Below, in pieces: positions 23,531 to 35,331 of a stretch of 64,000 nt of DNA. Made by a program: the position numbers and the translations under genes. Origin of the DNA: Mycoplasmatales bacterium (GTDB taxonomy: Bacteria; Bacillota_I; Bacilli_A; Mycoplasmatales; G965222545); the NCBI GenBank assembly GCA_965222545.1, contig OZ244954.1:559945-623944 (forward strand). The letters run 5' to 3'. The notes under the pieces were generated by a model that was given only the letters and a program-made list of their open reading frames with translations, ran no database searches and was not told where the DNA came from. The first letter of the stretch is position 1. Every line of letters begins with the position of its first letter.

Positions 23531-25309
23531 TTATATAAGATTTTCAAGATCATTAATCATTTTAGAAAGAAACGAAAAAGCATTATCATAAGTTTTATTA
23601 TTATTTAAATCAATATCAATTTTTTTCAATATATCTAAAGGTCAATCTCTATTACCATTTTTTAAAAGTAAAAGATATTTTTTATAATATGATTTATCCT
23701 CATATATTTTACTAACAATTGCACAAGCACATATCATTCCAATCGCATATTTATAAACATAAAAATCTCTATAAAAATGTGGAACATATAAACCTCAAAG
23801 TCCTTGATAATCATCATCATAATTCATCGTGCTTGGTCTTGGGTAATATTCATTATTTAATTCCTTGCATTTTTTAGATATATTTTCTGCTGTTAAAACA
23901 TTACCATCTTCAACAAAAGTATGTGATCATTGTTCAAACTCTGCAAATTGTAATTGTCTGAAAACTGTTGCTATGAAATCTTTAATACTACTATTAATTA
24001 TTGATTTTTTAAATTCTTTATCTTTATTATTTTTAATTAAATATTTTATTAAAAGCATTTCGTTAGTTATTGATGCTATTTCGGCTAAAAAAATTGGATA
24101 TCCACAATGTTGATAGGGTTGTTTCTCTTGTGAATATAGAGAGTGAATTGAATGTCCCATTTCATGAATAAGCGTTGATACATCTCTAAATTTACTATTT
24201 CAGTTCATTAATATATAGGGTAGCTCTTCTCAAACACCATATGAATATGCTCCTGATCTTTTGCCATCATTTGGCATATAATCAATACACTTATTTTCAA
24301 GAATAAAGTCGATTTTCTTAGAATAATCATTGCCTAGTGGTGCTAACGCTTTTCTCAATAAAGTGTGTGCTTGTTCAATTGTAAATTCTTTTGAACTATC
24401 TTTAAATAATGGTTTATTTAACATTCAAGGTGTTGGATTGGGGATTTTTAATAATTTTAATTTTATTTCTAAATATTTTTTATTTAAATAAGAATATTTT
24501 TTTGAATAGTTAATTAAATTATTATAAAATTTCTCATCTACATTATCGGAAAATAATTCAGATTCTAAAGTGTTTTTAAATTTATAAATTTTGCTAATTT
24601 TATTAGCTGTTAAAACATTATAGTAATATGCATTACTTAAACTATTTCTAAATTGATAATAGGTTTTTCAGAAATTTTTATATGATGTTTCTCTTAATTT
24701 ATCATCTTTTGAATTATAAAGTTTTGCATGTGTTCCTTGTGTTAATTTGTGTTTCTTTTTTTTACTATCAACTGCATCATTAAATTTAAAATCACCATCT
24801 GTTAATGAAGTAAATAATTCGCCTGGAGCTCCTAACGCTTGACTTATTTCACTAACAAGTTTTTCTGATTCATCACTTAAACGATGTTTTTCAGATCTAA
24901 AAATTCTTTCAAAAGTAATCTTATAATCTTTTAATTTGTCAGTTTCTAAATATTTTCTTATTTTCTTTTTATTATTAATTATTTCGTTAGTGGTTCAAAA
25001 TAATTTACTTGAAATTTTTGAGTCTATTGTTTCAAATTTTAATAATTCTTCAGTTGATTTAGCAATTGTTGTATCTTTTGATTGTGTATTATATAAAAAT
25101 GATGAAAGTTTACTAGAAATAATTGATAATTTTTGAGATAGTTGAAGATACTTTTGAAAGTTTTCAATATTAGCTGTAGTTTTCTTTCTTAGTTTATTTA
25201 TTTCGTGTGAAATATCTTCCATTTCTATATAGAACTTATTAATATTTTTGATTTGCAAGATTTTTTTCAAATCTCACTTATATTTATCTGGTATTTCTTT
25301 TCTTTTCAT
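23531..25309 (-). CDS. pepF: oligoendopeptidase F (M3B metallopeptidase, 592 aa)
   Basis: HEMGHSIH zinc motif, 1779 nt in frame with TGA=Trp. Fragments 24995-25270, 24230-24424 and 23927-24160 are all in one frame. Confidence 0.85.
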
Positions 25310-25382
25310 ATTTTATTATTTTATTACTTTTTAATTAATTTATAATTTTGATTATTTATTAAAAATACATCATAATATTTAT

Positions 25383-25715
25383 GTGAAAAGATTAGCACTT
25401 TATATAGATAATATTGATTGAAATAAAACATCAAATAATATTGCCATTGACTTAATAAATTTTATTGAATCAATAGGTTTTTTAAATGAAGATATTAAAT
25501 ATGCAAATGATGATATGTTTGGAATTAAAAAACTTTCTAAAAGAAAAGATTTAACAATGGAACTTTATGAAAAAATTTGGGAATCAATTGAATTATTAAA
25601 ATGTCGGACTGAAATAAATGATTTATCAAAATTACCGCAAACATTAAAAACTAAAGAAGAAATTTTATTTTATAAAGAAAAAATGCTTGAAATAAAATTT
25701 GGAAAAAAAATATAA
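25383..25715 (+). CDS. hypothetical protein (~110 aa, GTG start assumed)
   Basis: ORF 25515-25715 extends upstream in frame through one TGA to GTG at 25383. No recognisable motif. Confidence 0.35.
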
Positions 25716-25736
25716 AAAAACCATACAATGTATGGT
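25714..25736 (-). terminator. rho-independent terminator of tuf
   Basis: Stem accatac/gtatggt (25720-25726/25730-25736), followed on the minus strand by T7. Confidence 0.65.
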
Positions 25737-25763
25737 TCTTAATAAATCTAAATAATTAAATAT

Positions 25764-26948
25764 TTATTTCAAAATATCAACAACAGTACCAGCACCAATT
25801 GTTCTTCCACCTTCTCTTATTGAGAATTTAGTTCCTTTTTCTAAGGCAATTGGATGAATTAATTCAATTTCTAATGTAACATTATCACCTGGCATTACCA
25901 TTTCAGTTCCTGAAGGTAATTTCATTGAACCAGTAACATCTGTAGTTCTAAAGTAAAATTGGGGACGATAATTTCCAAAAAATGGGGTATGTCTTCCGCC
26001 TTCTTCTTTTGTTAAAGCATATACTTGAGCTGTAAATTTAGTATGTGGTGTAACTGAACCAGGTTTAGCAATTACTTGTCCTCTTTCAATATCTCCTCTT
26101 TCAATACCTCTTAATAAAAGCCCAACATTATCTCCAGCAACAGCATAATCTAATAACTTACGAAACATTTCTATTCCTGTCACAACTGTTTTTCTAGTTG
26201 GTTTTAACCCTATAATCTCAACTTCTGAGTTTAATACTAGTTTACCACGATCAACTCTTCCAGTAGCAACTGTTCCTCTACCAGAAATTGTAAATACATC
26301 TTCTACAGATAATAGAAATGGTTTATCAACTTCTCTTATTGGTGTATCAATTCATTCATCAACACCTTTCATCAATGCATTAATTTGTTCAACAGCTTTG
26401 GCATCTCCTTCTAGTCCTTTTAAGGCAGATCCTCTAAATACTGGTGTATTATCTCCATCAAACCCATATTTTGTTAATAACTCACGAATTTCAACTTCAA
26501 CTAAATCAATTAATTCTTCATCATCAACAATATCACATTTGTTTAAAAACACAACCATTTTTGGAACTCCAACTTGTCTTGATAACAAAATATGTTCTCT
26601 AGTTTGAGGCATTGGTCCATCAGTTGCACTAACAACTAAAATTGAACCATCCATTTGAGCAGCACCTGTAATCATATTTTTAACATAATCAGCATGTCCT
26701 GGACAATCAACATGTGCATAATGTCTTTTATCTGTTTGATATTCAACATGAGCAGTATTAATTGTAATTCCTCTTTCTTTTTCTTCAGGTGCAGCATCAA
26801 TGTCAGCATATTTCATTGCTTCTGCGCCTCCTACTTTACTTAAAATTGTAGTAATTGCAGCAGTTAAAGTGGTTTTACCGTGGTCAACATGTCCAATTGT
26901 TCCAATATTAACATGATCTTTACTCCTGTCAAATTTTTCTTTAGCCAT
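25764..26948 (-). CDS. tuf: elongation factor Tu (394 aa)
   Basis: [18 protein letters not shown] and NKCD motifs. The two ORF fragments join through a single TGA (Trp). 1185 nt. Confidence 0.98.
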
Positions 26949-27035
26949 AATTATTCCTTTCTATTTAACAATTTACCATTACATTTTAACATAAATAAAT
27001 TAATATTAATGATTTTATTTTCTCATATGTTGTTT

Positions 27036-27371
27036 TTAGAAATTATTTTCAATCAAAAGATTAACATCATATCCTTTAAAAATTATTTCAGTTCCTTTGT
27101 ATCCTGAATCAGGAATGTTATCTAAAAATAACTTTAATTTATTTAATTCCCATTCATATTCAGCAATTTTTTTAGCTTGTAAGCTTTTTTTACCAATTAA
27201 CTTTTCAAACAAATTAAAACTTTGTAATTTTAAATTATTAATATTTTTATTTATAAACTTAATTCTAAAGGAAATATTTTTATAAGTAATATATGTACCT
27301 GAATTATTATGTAAGCTATTTTGAGGAGCTTTAATTTTATCACCTTGTTTCATTATTTCATCATTATTCAT
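27036..27371 (-). CDS. hypothetical protein (111 aa)
   Basis: Uninterrupted ORF ending in TAA, with no recognisable motif. Confidence 0.4.
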   Translation of the reverse strand: MNNDEIMKQGDKIKAPQNSLHNNSGTYITYKNISFRIKFINKNINNLKLQSFNLFEKLIGKKSLQAKKIAEYEWELNKLKLFLDNIPDSGYKGTEIIFKGYDVNLLIENNF

Positions 27372-27407
27372 AGATTTTTCTTATATTAATTATAATTCTT
27401 TTTAAAA

Positions 27408-27917
27408 CTATAAGGGTTTAGATATCTTATAGAATTCCTGATTAAATTTAATAGCATACTTTGTATTAATATAACATACATATATTTGGTAGAACACTTG
27501 AATAATTAAAGGAATTCCCATAATTATTCAAGAATATGAATAATAAAAATATAGACCAGGAATTTTATCTATATGTCCAACATAATGATTTGCTAGTATT
27601 GGCTGTAAAACAAATAATGTTATCGTTATCCCTGTAAATAAAATTAAACATAAGTAAAGTATAACTGTATATAGGATTTGAAGAGTTCTATTTTGTATTT
27701 TATTTGTAAAAATAATATTAAATATAATTATTATAAAACCAACTAATGAAGCTGATCAACCTATTATTTGATAAATATATAAGATTTTAAAGGGTGTTGT
27801 TATATAACCTGGAGTTAGCCTTCCTACTTCAAAACCATTAAATAATTGTAATCCACTTATTAATATAATAATAATTAGAAAAATATTTTTAAAGAGTTTT
27901 ACTTTTTGGTAGCTCAT
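27408..27917 (-). CDS. polytopic small membrane protein (169 aa)
   Basis: ATG at 27917 and TAG at 27408, 510 nt with TGA=Trp. Four to five hydrophobic segments in hand translation. Confidence 0.5.
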
Positions 27918-27974
27918 CTATCTTCTTTAATCTTAGTATTTTCTGCTTCTTTTCCGTTAAATAAATTTGTTTTC

Positions 27975-28061
27975 ATCCACTAAATCAATAATACCATCAA
28001 GTACCCACAATGATCTTTCTACTTCAAATGTAAAGCAACATACCCTGATATATCAATAATA
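27975..28061 (-). pseudogene. short remnant of a translational GTPase gene (G-domain [20 protein letters not shown] region)
   Basis: Roughly three-quarters nucleotide identity by eye to fusA 33195-33270. Translates as NIID.SGYV..FTFEVERSLWVLDGIIDLVD only with one frameshift. No remaining gene on either side. Confidence 0.55.
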
Positions 28062-29375
28062 TTATTTATGTCTGTATGCATATGTATAATTTTTATCTTT
28101 ATTATATTGTCTCATAATATCGCTATATATTTTATCATGATTTGGCATATCTACTCAATTAAGGTCAATATTTACTACTGCTAATTTTGATGAATAACTA
28201 AACATTGTAGAAATCTCTCATGTATAACCAGGTGAAGGATTAGCAATAATTCCCCTGCCGGGAGTATATTCGTCAATCATTATAGTTATTTTTTGAGCAA
28301 CCCCTCCTTCATTATAAAATGTTCATATACCACTATTTATAAAATTTGTAAAAAGGATAAGAACAGTATCAGAAGATATTTTTTTACCATAATTATTTTT
28401 TGCAATTTGTATATCTATTTCATTTAATTTAAAAGTAGCATCATCTCTATCTTTTCAATCTAAAGTTATATTAAAAGGAGTAAAGCTCAAGTCTCTTGTT
28501 TTTAATAAAGTATCTTGGTCTAATGTTACAATTCAATTAGAATCTTTAGAAATAATAACTTTAGTAGCAATAAACTTATATTGAGTTCGTTTAGAATCAT
28601 TTATTACTCATATTTCATCTGATAAATAATCGTTAACTTCTTGTTTAACCATACTTCTTCAAATTAATGATGGTTTGTTTGTATATCCAGATGCTTTTAT
28701 GGCAGAAACAATCTCATCTGTATTTTCATCTTTTGTTTTTAATCATTTTAATACTAGATGTACATCTTTATTTCCATCTATTGTACTATTAGGTATTAAG
28801 TCTTCAGTAAATGCTCCATCATTATTTATCTTAACATTACTTGTGGTAAAAGTTATCTTATTATTATTTGTTGTTTCATATCAATTTAGTCCAGAAGTTA
28901 AAATTCATTGATCAATATATTTTTTAACATCATTTCCAGAAATTGAATTACTATTATTATGATAACCTAAATTATTAATTTCATTTGTCATTTGGTTTCA
29001 TTCAGTATATCGAGAACCACCAAGTTCTCTTCAATCTAAATTAATAGTGATAGCTTTTATATTGTGCTTTGTACTATTAAATTTTTCTAAATTAATTGTT
29101 GCAAATAATTTATTTTTATTAAAACAATCTTGTCTTATTGAATGTTTTTGAAAACTCATTTTTCATGGTGTTTCATCACTTTTATAAAATCAAAGCGGTT
29201 TTACAAAAATATTATCAGTAAAATAACTACTTATATCATTTTCAACGTTATTTATTTCTTTTTTAATTGTTAAGGCATTTTTAGGAATATAATTTCAAGC
29301 AATGATTCCAGCCCCTGCTCCGACCGCAACTACTGTTAATATAATTGCTATACCAATTTTAAATTTTTTTTTCAT
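28062..29375 (-). CDS. N-terminally anchored hypothetical surface protein, paralogue L (437 aa)
   Basis: ATG at 29375 and TAA at 28062, 1314 nt with TGA=Trp. N-terminus MKKKFKIGIAIILTVVAVGAGAGIIAWNYIPK is identical to paralogue R. Collinear similarity runs throughout (..WNQMTNEIN..GYHNNS.SISGND.., ..DENTDEI.SAIKASGY..). Confidence 0.75.
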
Positions 29376-29381
29376 AAATCT

Positions 29382-29387
29382 ATTATA
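29382..29387 (-). promoter_or_regulatory. candidate -10 box (TATAAT) 6 nt upstream of paralogue L ATG, preceded by A9 tract
   Basis: Mirror image of 29918-29923. The homopolymer is at 29389-29397. Confidence 0.3.
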
Positions 29388-29450
29388 TCTTTTTTTTTAT
29401 TTAATGTATAATTCAATTGCAAAAGATAATATAAAATATTAATTGTTTTT

Positions 29451-29829
29451 ATCTTATAAATTTATATTTAAAATATATAAAAATCATTTTATTTGTAGGA
29501 GTAAATAAATATTTACCTTGGTGATATAATATCCATCAGCATTATATTAGTTAAAATATGTTTTAATATTTTAGCCTTAAATGGTGAAAATCTTTAATTA
29601 ATAAAAACCTCAATATCAAATTAAAATTTCAGTGTTCTTATCTTACAAGTTTATATTTAAAATATATAAAAATCATTTTATTTGTTAGGTGTAAATAAAA
29701 ATATTTACCTTAGTAATAATATCCATCATCATTATATTTGGTTAAAATATCTTTTAATATTTTAACCTTAAATAATGAAAATCTTTAGTCAATAAAACCT
29801 CAATATTAAGTTAAAATTCTATTATTCTC
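29451..29829. repeat. two direct repeats of ~189 bp filling the inverted-repeat spacer
   Basis: Unit 1 is 29451-29639 and unit 2 is 29640-29829. Both open with atctta(t/c)aa(a/g)tttatatttaaaatatataaaaatcattttatttg. Confidence 0.85.
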
Positions 29830-29917
29830 ATTTTTAAAATTAAATTTATAAGATAAAAACAATTAATATTTTATATTATCTTTTGCAATTGAATTATACA
29901 TTAAATAAAAAAAAAGA

Positions 29918-29923
29918 TATAAT
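29918..29923 (+). promoter_or_regulatory. candidate -10 box (TATAAT) 6 nt upstream of paralogue R ATG, preceded by A9 tract
   Basis: aaaaaaaaaGATATAATagatttATG. The homopolymer is at 29907-29915. Confidence 0.3.
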
Positions 29924-29929
29924 AGATTT

Positions 29930-31279
29930 ATGAAAAAAAAATTTAAAATTGGTATAGCAATTATATTAACAGTAGTTGCGGTCGGAGCGGGGGCTGGAAT
30001 CATTGCCTGAAATTATATTCCTAAAAAAGCTACGATAATTAGAAAAAACTTAAATGCTATTGCAGATGATGTAGATAGTTATTTTATTCATAACACTAGT
30101 ATAAAACCACTTTGATTTTATAAAAACGGGGAAACACCATGAAGAATGAATTATGAAGCGAAATCGTTAAAAATAGATAATTCTAATAAAGATCAATTAA
30201 TTGTCAAAATTGACATAAAAGCAATAGGAAGTACTGTTGTTTCAAAAAGTATTGATATTAAATTAAATTGAGCAAATTCTTATAATTATTCTCAAAATGT
30301 TATATGAAATCAGATGACAAATGAAATTAATTACATAGGTTATCATAATAATAGTGATTCAATTTCGGGAAACGATATTATAGAATATATAAATGAATGA
30401 ATTTCAACATCAGATTTAAAATGATATGAAACAATAAATAATCATCAAATAACTTTTACTACTAGCACTGATATTATGATAAATAATGATGGAGCATTTA
30501 TTGTAAAATTAAAACCTAGTACTACAGTAGATGGAAATGAAGATATTTTTTTGAAATTAAAATGATTAATACCAAAAGATGAAAATACAGATGAGATTAT
30601 TTCTGCTATAAAAGCATCAGGATATTCAAATCAACCAGTATTAATTTCAAGTATGGTTGAAAAATATGTTAATGATTATTTAGCTAATATAACGTGAGTA
30701 GTAAAAAATTCTAAACAAACTTTATATAAATTTATTTCTACTAAAGTTATTAAAAATGTAGATTCTACTTGATCTGTAACGTTAGATGAAAATACTTCGC
30801 TAAAAACAAGAAATATGAGTTTTTTCCCTTTTAATATAACCTTAGATTGAAAAAATGAAGAGGATACTACTGCTAAAATAAAGGAAGTAGATTCAGAAAT
30901 TGAAAGTAATAATTATGATAAGGAAATATCAAGTGCTACTGTTCTTGCTATTTTTAAACAATTTCTTGAAAATGGTGATTGAAGGTTTTCTTATATAGGA
31001 ACACCTGCTCAAAAAGTAGATATAAAAATGGACCCAGGTTTTCCCAACGGGGGAATTACTTTTAATCCTTCTGCTGATTATGCATTTGAACTTCATACAA
31101 CATTTGATTTTATAATAACAGGTCGAGGCGGAGAACCTCATACTTTTATATTTAAAAATCAAATTGATATTAATTGAAAATATTACCCACCTAGTGAAAA
31201 TATATATAATGATGTTATGAATCAATATAATAAAAATGGACATTATAAATTTATATACTATACACCACATACTCAATAA
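29930..31279 (+). CDS. N-terminally anchored hypothetical surface protein, paralogue R (449 aa)
   Basis: ATG at 29930 and TAA at 31277-31279, 1350 nt with TGA=Trp. Confidence 0.75.
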
Positions 31280-31412
31280 AATAATTAGAAATTGCTCTCC
31301 GTTATATTAGTAGTCTTATATAGGGTTAGATAGTACTTGATTATACTATCTTAAAAAATTATTTATCAAATAAAGTAACTACTAATAAAGTTTTTACTTT
31401 TTTTAAAAAATC

Positions 31413-33485
31413 TTATTTTTTGGAAGCTGATCTAGCTTCCTTAATTTTAAGAGCTTCAGCTTCTGGTGCTTTTGCATATTTTTCAAATTGCATTGTATAA
31501 ACACCTCTTCCTTGTGTATAACTTCTTAAATTAGTAGCATAACCAAACATTTCATTTAAAGGAACATCTGCTTGAACAATATTAGTTGAACCATCTTTTT
31601 CAGTATTTGTAATGTTACCTCTTCGAGAACTTAAGTCACCCATCACATCTCCAAAATAGTCATCACCTACTCTTACTTCTACTTTCATAATTGGTTCTAA
31701 AATAATTGGTTTACAATATTTAACTGTTTCTTTTAATGCCATGCTTGCTGCAATTTTAAATGCCATTTCACTTGAATCAACATCATGGTATGTACCATCG
31801 TATAGTGTTGCTTTAAAATCAATTAGTGGGTATCCACTAATGACACCAGATTTTAATGCTTCTTCTATTCCTTGTTTTACTGGTTTAATATATTCACGCG
31901 GAACTCTACCACCAACAATTTTATCAATAAATTCAAATCCCTTTAATGGATTTGGTTCAAATTTAATAAAAACATGTCCGTATTGCCCTCTGCCACCTGA
32001 TTGACGAATATATTTTCCTTCACATTTACCAGTTTCAGTAATAGTTTCGCGATATGATACTTGTGGTTTACCAACATTTACACCGACTTTAAATTCTCTT
32101 TTAAGACGATCAACAATAATTTCAAGATGTAACTCTCCCATTCCAGCAATGATAGTTTGACCAGTTTCATGATCAGTGTGTGTTTTAAAGGTAGGGTCTT
32201 CAATATTTAGTTTGTTTAAAGATAATGATAATTTTTCTTGATCTGCCTTTGTTTTTGGTTCAATAGCAAGACTAATAACTGGTTCTGGAAAATTCATTTT
32301 TTCAAGTAATAATCCTTTTTTTACTTCAGTTAATGTGTCACCAGTAACGGTACTTTTCAAACCAACCGCACAACCAATTTCACCAACTTTTAGTTCTTTC
32401 ACTTCTTCTCTTTTGTTCGCGTGCATTTTTAATAATCGACCAACTCTTTCTTGTTTATCTTTAGTTGCATTATAAATGTATGAACCCGCCTTTATAATTC
32501 CACGATAAACTCTAACAAATGTTAGTGTGCCAACGAAGGGGTCAGTCATAATTTTAAATGCTAAACCAACAAAAGAATCAGTTGAGTTTACTTTTATTTC
32601 CTCTTCTGAATCATCATCTTTAATACCATGTATTTTTTTAACATCTAAAGGAGATGGCAAATAATCATTTACAGCGTTTAATAATGGTTTAACTCCTTTA
32701 TTTTTAAAAGCTGATCCGCAAACAACAGGATAAAATAGCCCACCTAATGTTGCGGTTCTTATAACTTTTTTTAATTCTTCATTACTTAAATGTCCTTTTT
32801 CTAAATAAAGTTCCATACTTTCATCACAATGATGAACCGCTTCTTCTTCTAGTTTTGCACGATATTCTTGTGCTTGTTTTAAATGCTCACTACTAATATC
32901 TACAATTTTAAAATCTTCTTCTTTTTTACCATCAAATAAATATGTTTTCATATCAACTAAATCAATAACACCAGAAAAATCATCCTCTGCGCCAATTGGT
33001 AATTGAATAGGGATTGCATCTCCATTTAAACGTACTTTAATTGATTTAAAAGCTTTAAAAAAATCTGCTCCAGTTTTATCCATTTTATTAATAAAAACAA
33101 TAATTGGAACATGATACCTAACTGCTTGTCTTCAAACAGTTTCAGTTTGTGGTTCAACTCCACTTTGGGCATCTAAAACAGTAATAGTACCATCTAAAAC
33201 TCGTAACGATCTTTCTACTTCAACTGTAAAGTCAACATGTCCAGGTGTGTCAATAATATTGATTTGAAATCCTTTTCAAAAAGCAGTTGTAGCAGCTGAT
33301 GTAATTGTAATACCCCGTTCTTGTTCTTGTTCCATTCAATCCATTTGAGCACCGCCATCATGAACTTCACCCATTTTATGGATTTTACCTGTATGATATA
33401 GGATCCTTTCGGTAGTTGTCGTTTTACCAGCATCAATATGCGCTATTATTCCTATATTTCTAATATTATTTAGATTATCTTTCAC
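31413..33485 (-). CDS. fusA: elongation factor G (690 aa), GTG start
   Basis: [26 protein letters not shown] and [10 protein letters not shown] motifs, 2073 nt with TGA=Trp. Follows rpsG. Confidence 0.97.
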
Positions 33486-33499
33486 ATTACTTCCTTATA

Positions 33500-33970
33500 T
33501 TATCAACGATAATGTGCAAAAGCTTTATTAGCGTCTGCCATTTTATGTATATCTTGTTTCTTTTTAAACGCTCCACCTGTTTTATTGGTAGCATCGATTA
33601 TTTCATTAGCTAATTTTAAACTCATACCATTATCACTTCTTAGACGAGAATATGTAACTAATCATTTTAATCCTAAAATAACTTTTCTTCTAGGTCTAAC
33701 TTCAACAGGGATTTGGTAGTTACTTCCCCCAATTCTTCGTGATTTTAATTCTAACACAGGCATAATATTTTCTAACGCTACTTCAAAAACTTCTATCGGA
33801 TTCTTTTTTTCTTTTTCTTTAATATAAGCAAATGCTTCATAAACAATTTTTTCAGCAATACTTTTTTTACCATCTAACATAACTTTATTGATTAATTTAG
33901 CAATTAATTTAGATTCGTAAAGAGGATCTGGTTCAACTTTTCTAGGCTCTGCTTGTTTTTTTCTTGACAT
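33500..33970 (-). CDS. rpsG: 30S ribosomal protein S7 (156 aa)
   Basis: [18 protein letters not shown].., extended through TGA at 33662 to TAA at 33500. Confidence 0.95.
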
Positions 33971-34389
33971 TATTTTTTATCCTTTGGTCTTTTAACGCCA
34001 TATAATGATCGACTTTTTCTACGATTTTCAACACCAGTAGTATCTAATGTTCCTCTAATTATAGTATACCTAACACCTGGTAAATCAGGAATTCTTCCAC
34101 CTCTTATAAGAACAATATTATGTTCTTGTAAGTTGTGTCCTTCACCTGGAATATATACAAGTGTTTCTGTACCGTTACTTAATTTTACACGTGCATATTT
34201 ACGTAATGCTGAGTTTGGTTTTTTAGGAGTCATCGTTCCTACCCGCAAACATACTCCTCTTTTTTGAGGATTAGCACCAATAGTGATTTTCTTTTTTAAA
34301 ACATTATAATTAATATTTAAAAGAGGAGCGGTACTCTTCTTTTTAACTTTTTTTCTTGGTTTTCTAATTAACTGATTTATCGTTGCCAT
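33970..34389 (-). CDS. rpsL: 30S ribosomal protein S12 (139 aa)
   Basis: [36 protein letters not shown]. Confidence 0.97.
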   Translation of the reverse strand: MATINQLIRKPRKKVKKKSTAPLLNINYNVLKKKITIGANPQKRGVCLRVGTMTPKKPNSALRKYARVKLSNGTETLVYIPGEGHNLQEHNIVLIRGGRIPDLPGVRYTIIRGTLDTTGVENRRKSRSLYGVKRPKDKK

Positions 34390-34544
34390 TAATTCCTTTT
34401 TCTCTGTATTATATTTTAAATTGTATATTTAAACAAAACTATTATAAATAAAAAAGATAAAATTTATTTTTTAATAGTTTTTATTTATTATAAAATTCTG
34501 TTATTGCCTTATAATTTTTTATAATAAATATATAAGAAGTAAAA

Positions 34545-34958
34545 TTGAAAAAAGAATTAACGACATTTCAAAAAAAAATTGTTAGTGGAGGAACCGAACC
34601 TGCTTTTAATAACGATTATTGAAATGAAAAAAGAGCAGGTATTTATGTTGATATCCAAAGCGGAGAACCACTTTTTATAAGTATTCATAAATATGATTCT
34701 GGCACTGGTTGACCATCTTTTTATAAAAAATTACCTGATACAAGTATTATAAAAATAAAAGATAGTAGTTTTGGAATGATAAGAACGGAAGTAAAAACTA
34801 AAAAAGGTAATACACACCTTGGACATTATTTTAAAAATGATAAAAAATCTCCAAACGGAGATCGTTACTGTATTAATAGTGCTAGTCTAACCTTTATTGT
34901 TAAAGGTGATCTTAAAAAAAATGGTTATCAAAAATACTTAAAATATTTTAATATCTAG
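34545..34958 (+). CDS. msrB: peptide-methionine (R)-S-oxide reductase (137 aa, TTG start assumed)
   Basis: GGTEPAF.N.YW, GTGWPSF, HLGH.F and RYCINSASL motifs. Joined through TGA codons. Confidence 0.8.
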
Positions 34959-35328
34959 ATTCTTTATTAACAAAATAAATTTCTAAAAAATTAATTATGC
35001 TATCTTTATATTCTTTAATCATTTCAAATAAAGTATTCTTTTTAGAAATAGTCGAGTTATCGTTACTATCTAACTTAGGCATTGAAACAATTTTTGCATG
35101 AAAATCATCATTTGCCTTTTCTGTATCAATAATATCTATAATATCTAATAAATCTAATAAATTAATTTTTCAATTATTTATTATTTTAAATTTTGAAAAT
35201 AAAATAGATGGTAAATTAAAACTTTCCTCTTCTAAATTTTCTTTAATTATTATTTGTGTTTTAGTACTATCTATTATTATATTAATGGTTGATAGTTCAT
35301 CATAATTGTTACGAAATATATCTCTGAT
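34948..35328 (-). CDS. hypothetical acidic protein (~126 aa; start uncertain, non-ATG)
   Basis: Open frame with one TGA directly downstream of fba. No ATG near the 5' end (ATC at 35328 assumed). The 3' end overlaps the msrB stop convergently. Confidence 0.3.
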
Positions 35329-35331
35329 AAA

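Larger units (their letters stand above)
29275..30030. repeat. large inverted repeat: arms ~29275-29464 and ~29841-30030, spacer 376 bp
   Basis: The right arm is the reverse complement of the left, symmetric about 29652.5 (ATGs at 29375 and 29930). Each arm covers ~33 codons plus ~90 bp of upstream sequence. Confidence 0.9.

Noticed and set aside
26398-27107. ORF-track ORFs on the plus strand (26398-26607, 26655-26843, 26880-27107) overlapping tuf
   Set aside because: They are antisense to a highly conserved, complete tuf gene. The peptides are low-complexity Ser/Asn/Ile-rich, typical of shadow ORFs in AT-rich DNA. The same reasoning applies to 17745-18011 and 21236-21499 (antisense to rplC), 31741-32004 (fusA), 37168-37365 (pyrG), 41408-41695 (mod), 53527-53721 (gltX) and 62620-62868 (recR).
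29451-29829. CRISPR-like or minisatellite interpretation of the 189-bp repeats
   Set aside because: There are only two units, each far longer than CRISPR repeats, with no spacers and no cas genes in the window.
29275-30030. Calling the inverted repeat a proven invertible promoter switch
   Set aside because: No recombinase gene is present in the window, and each gene already carries its own copy of the putative promoter inside its arm. Inversion of the spacer alone would not obviously switch expression, so this is kept only as a hypothesis in the findings.
30929-31276. 115-aa minus-strand ORF
   Set aside because: It is antisense to the 3' end of paralogue R and low-complexity, with no start context.
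34948-34958. Convergent 11-nt overlap between msrB and the hypothetical gene downstream of fba as a regulatory feature
   Set aside because: The hypothetical gene itself is weakly supported (no canonical start), so the overlap may simply be non-coding.
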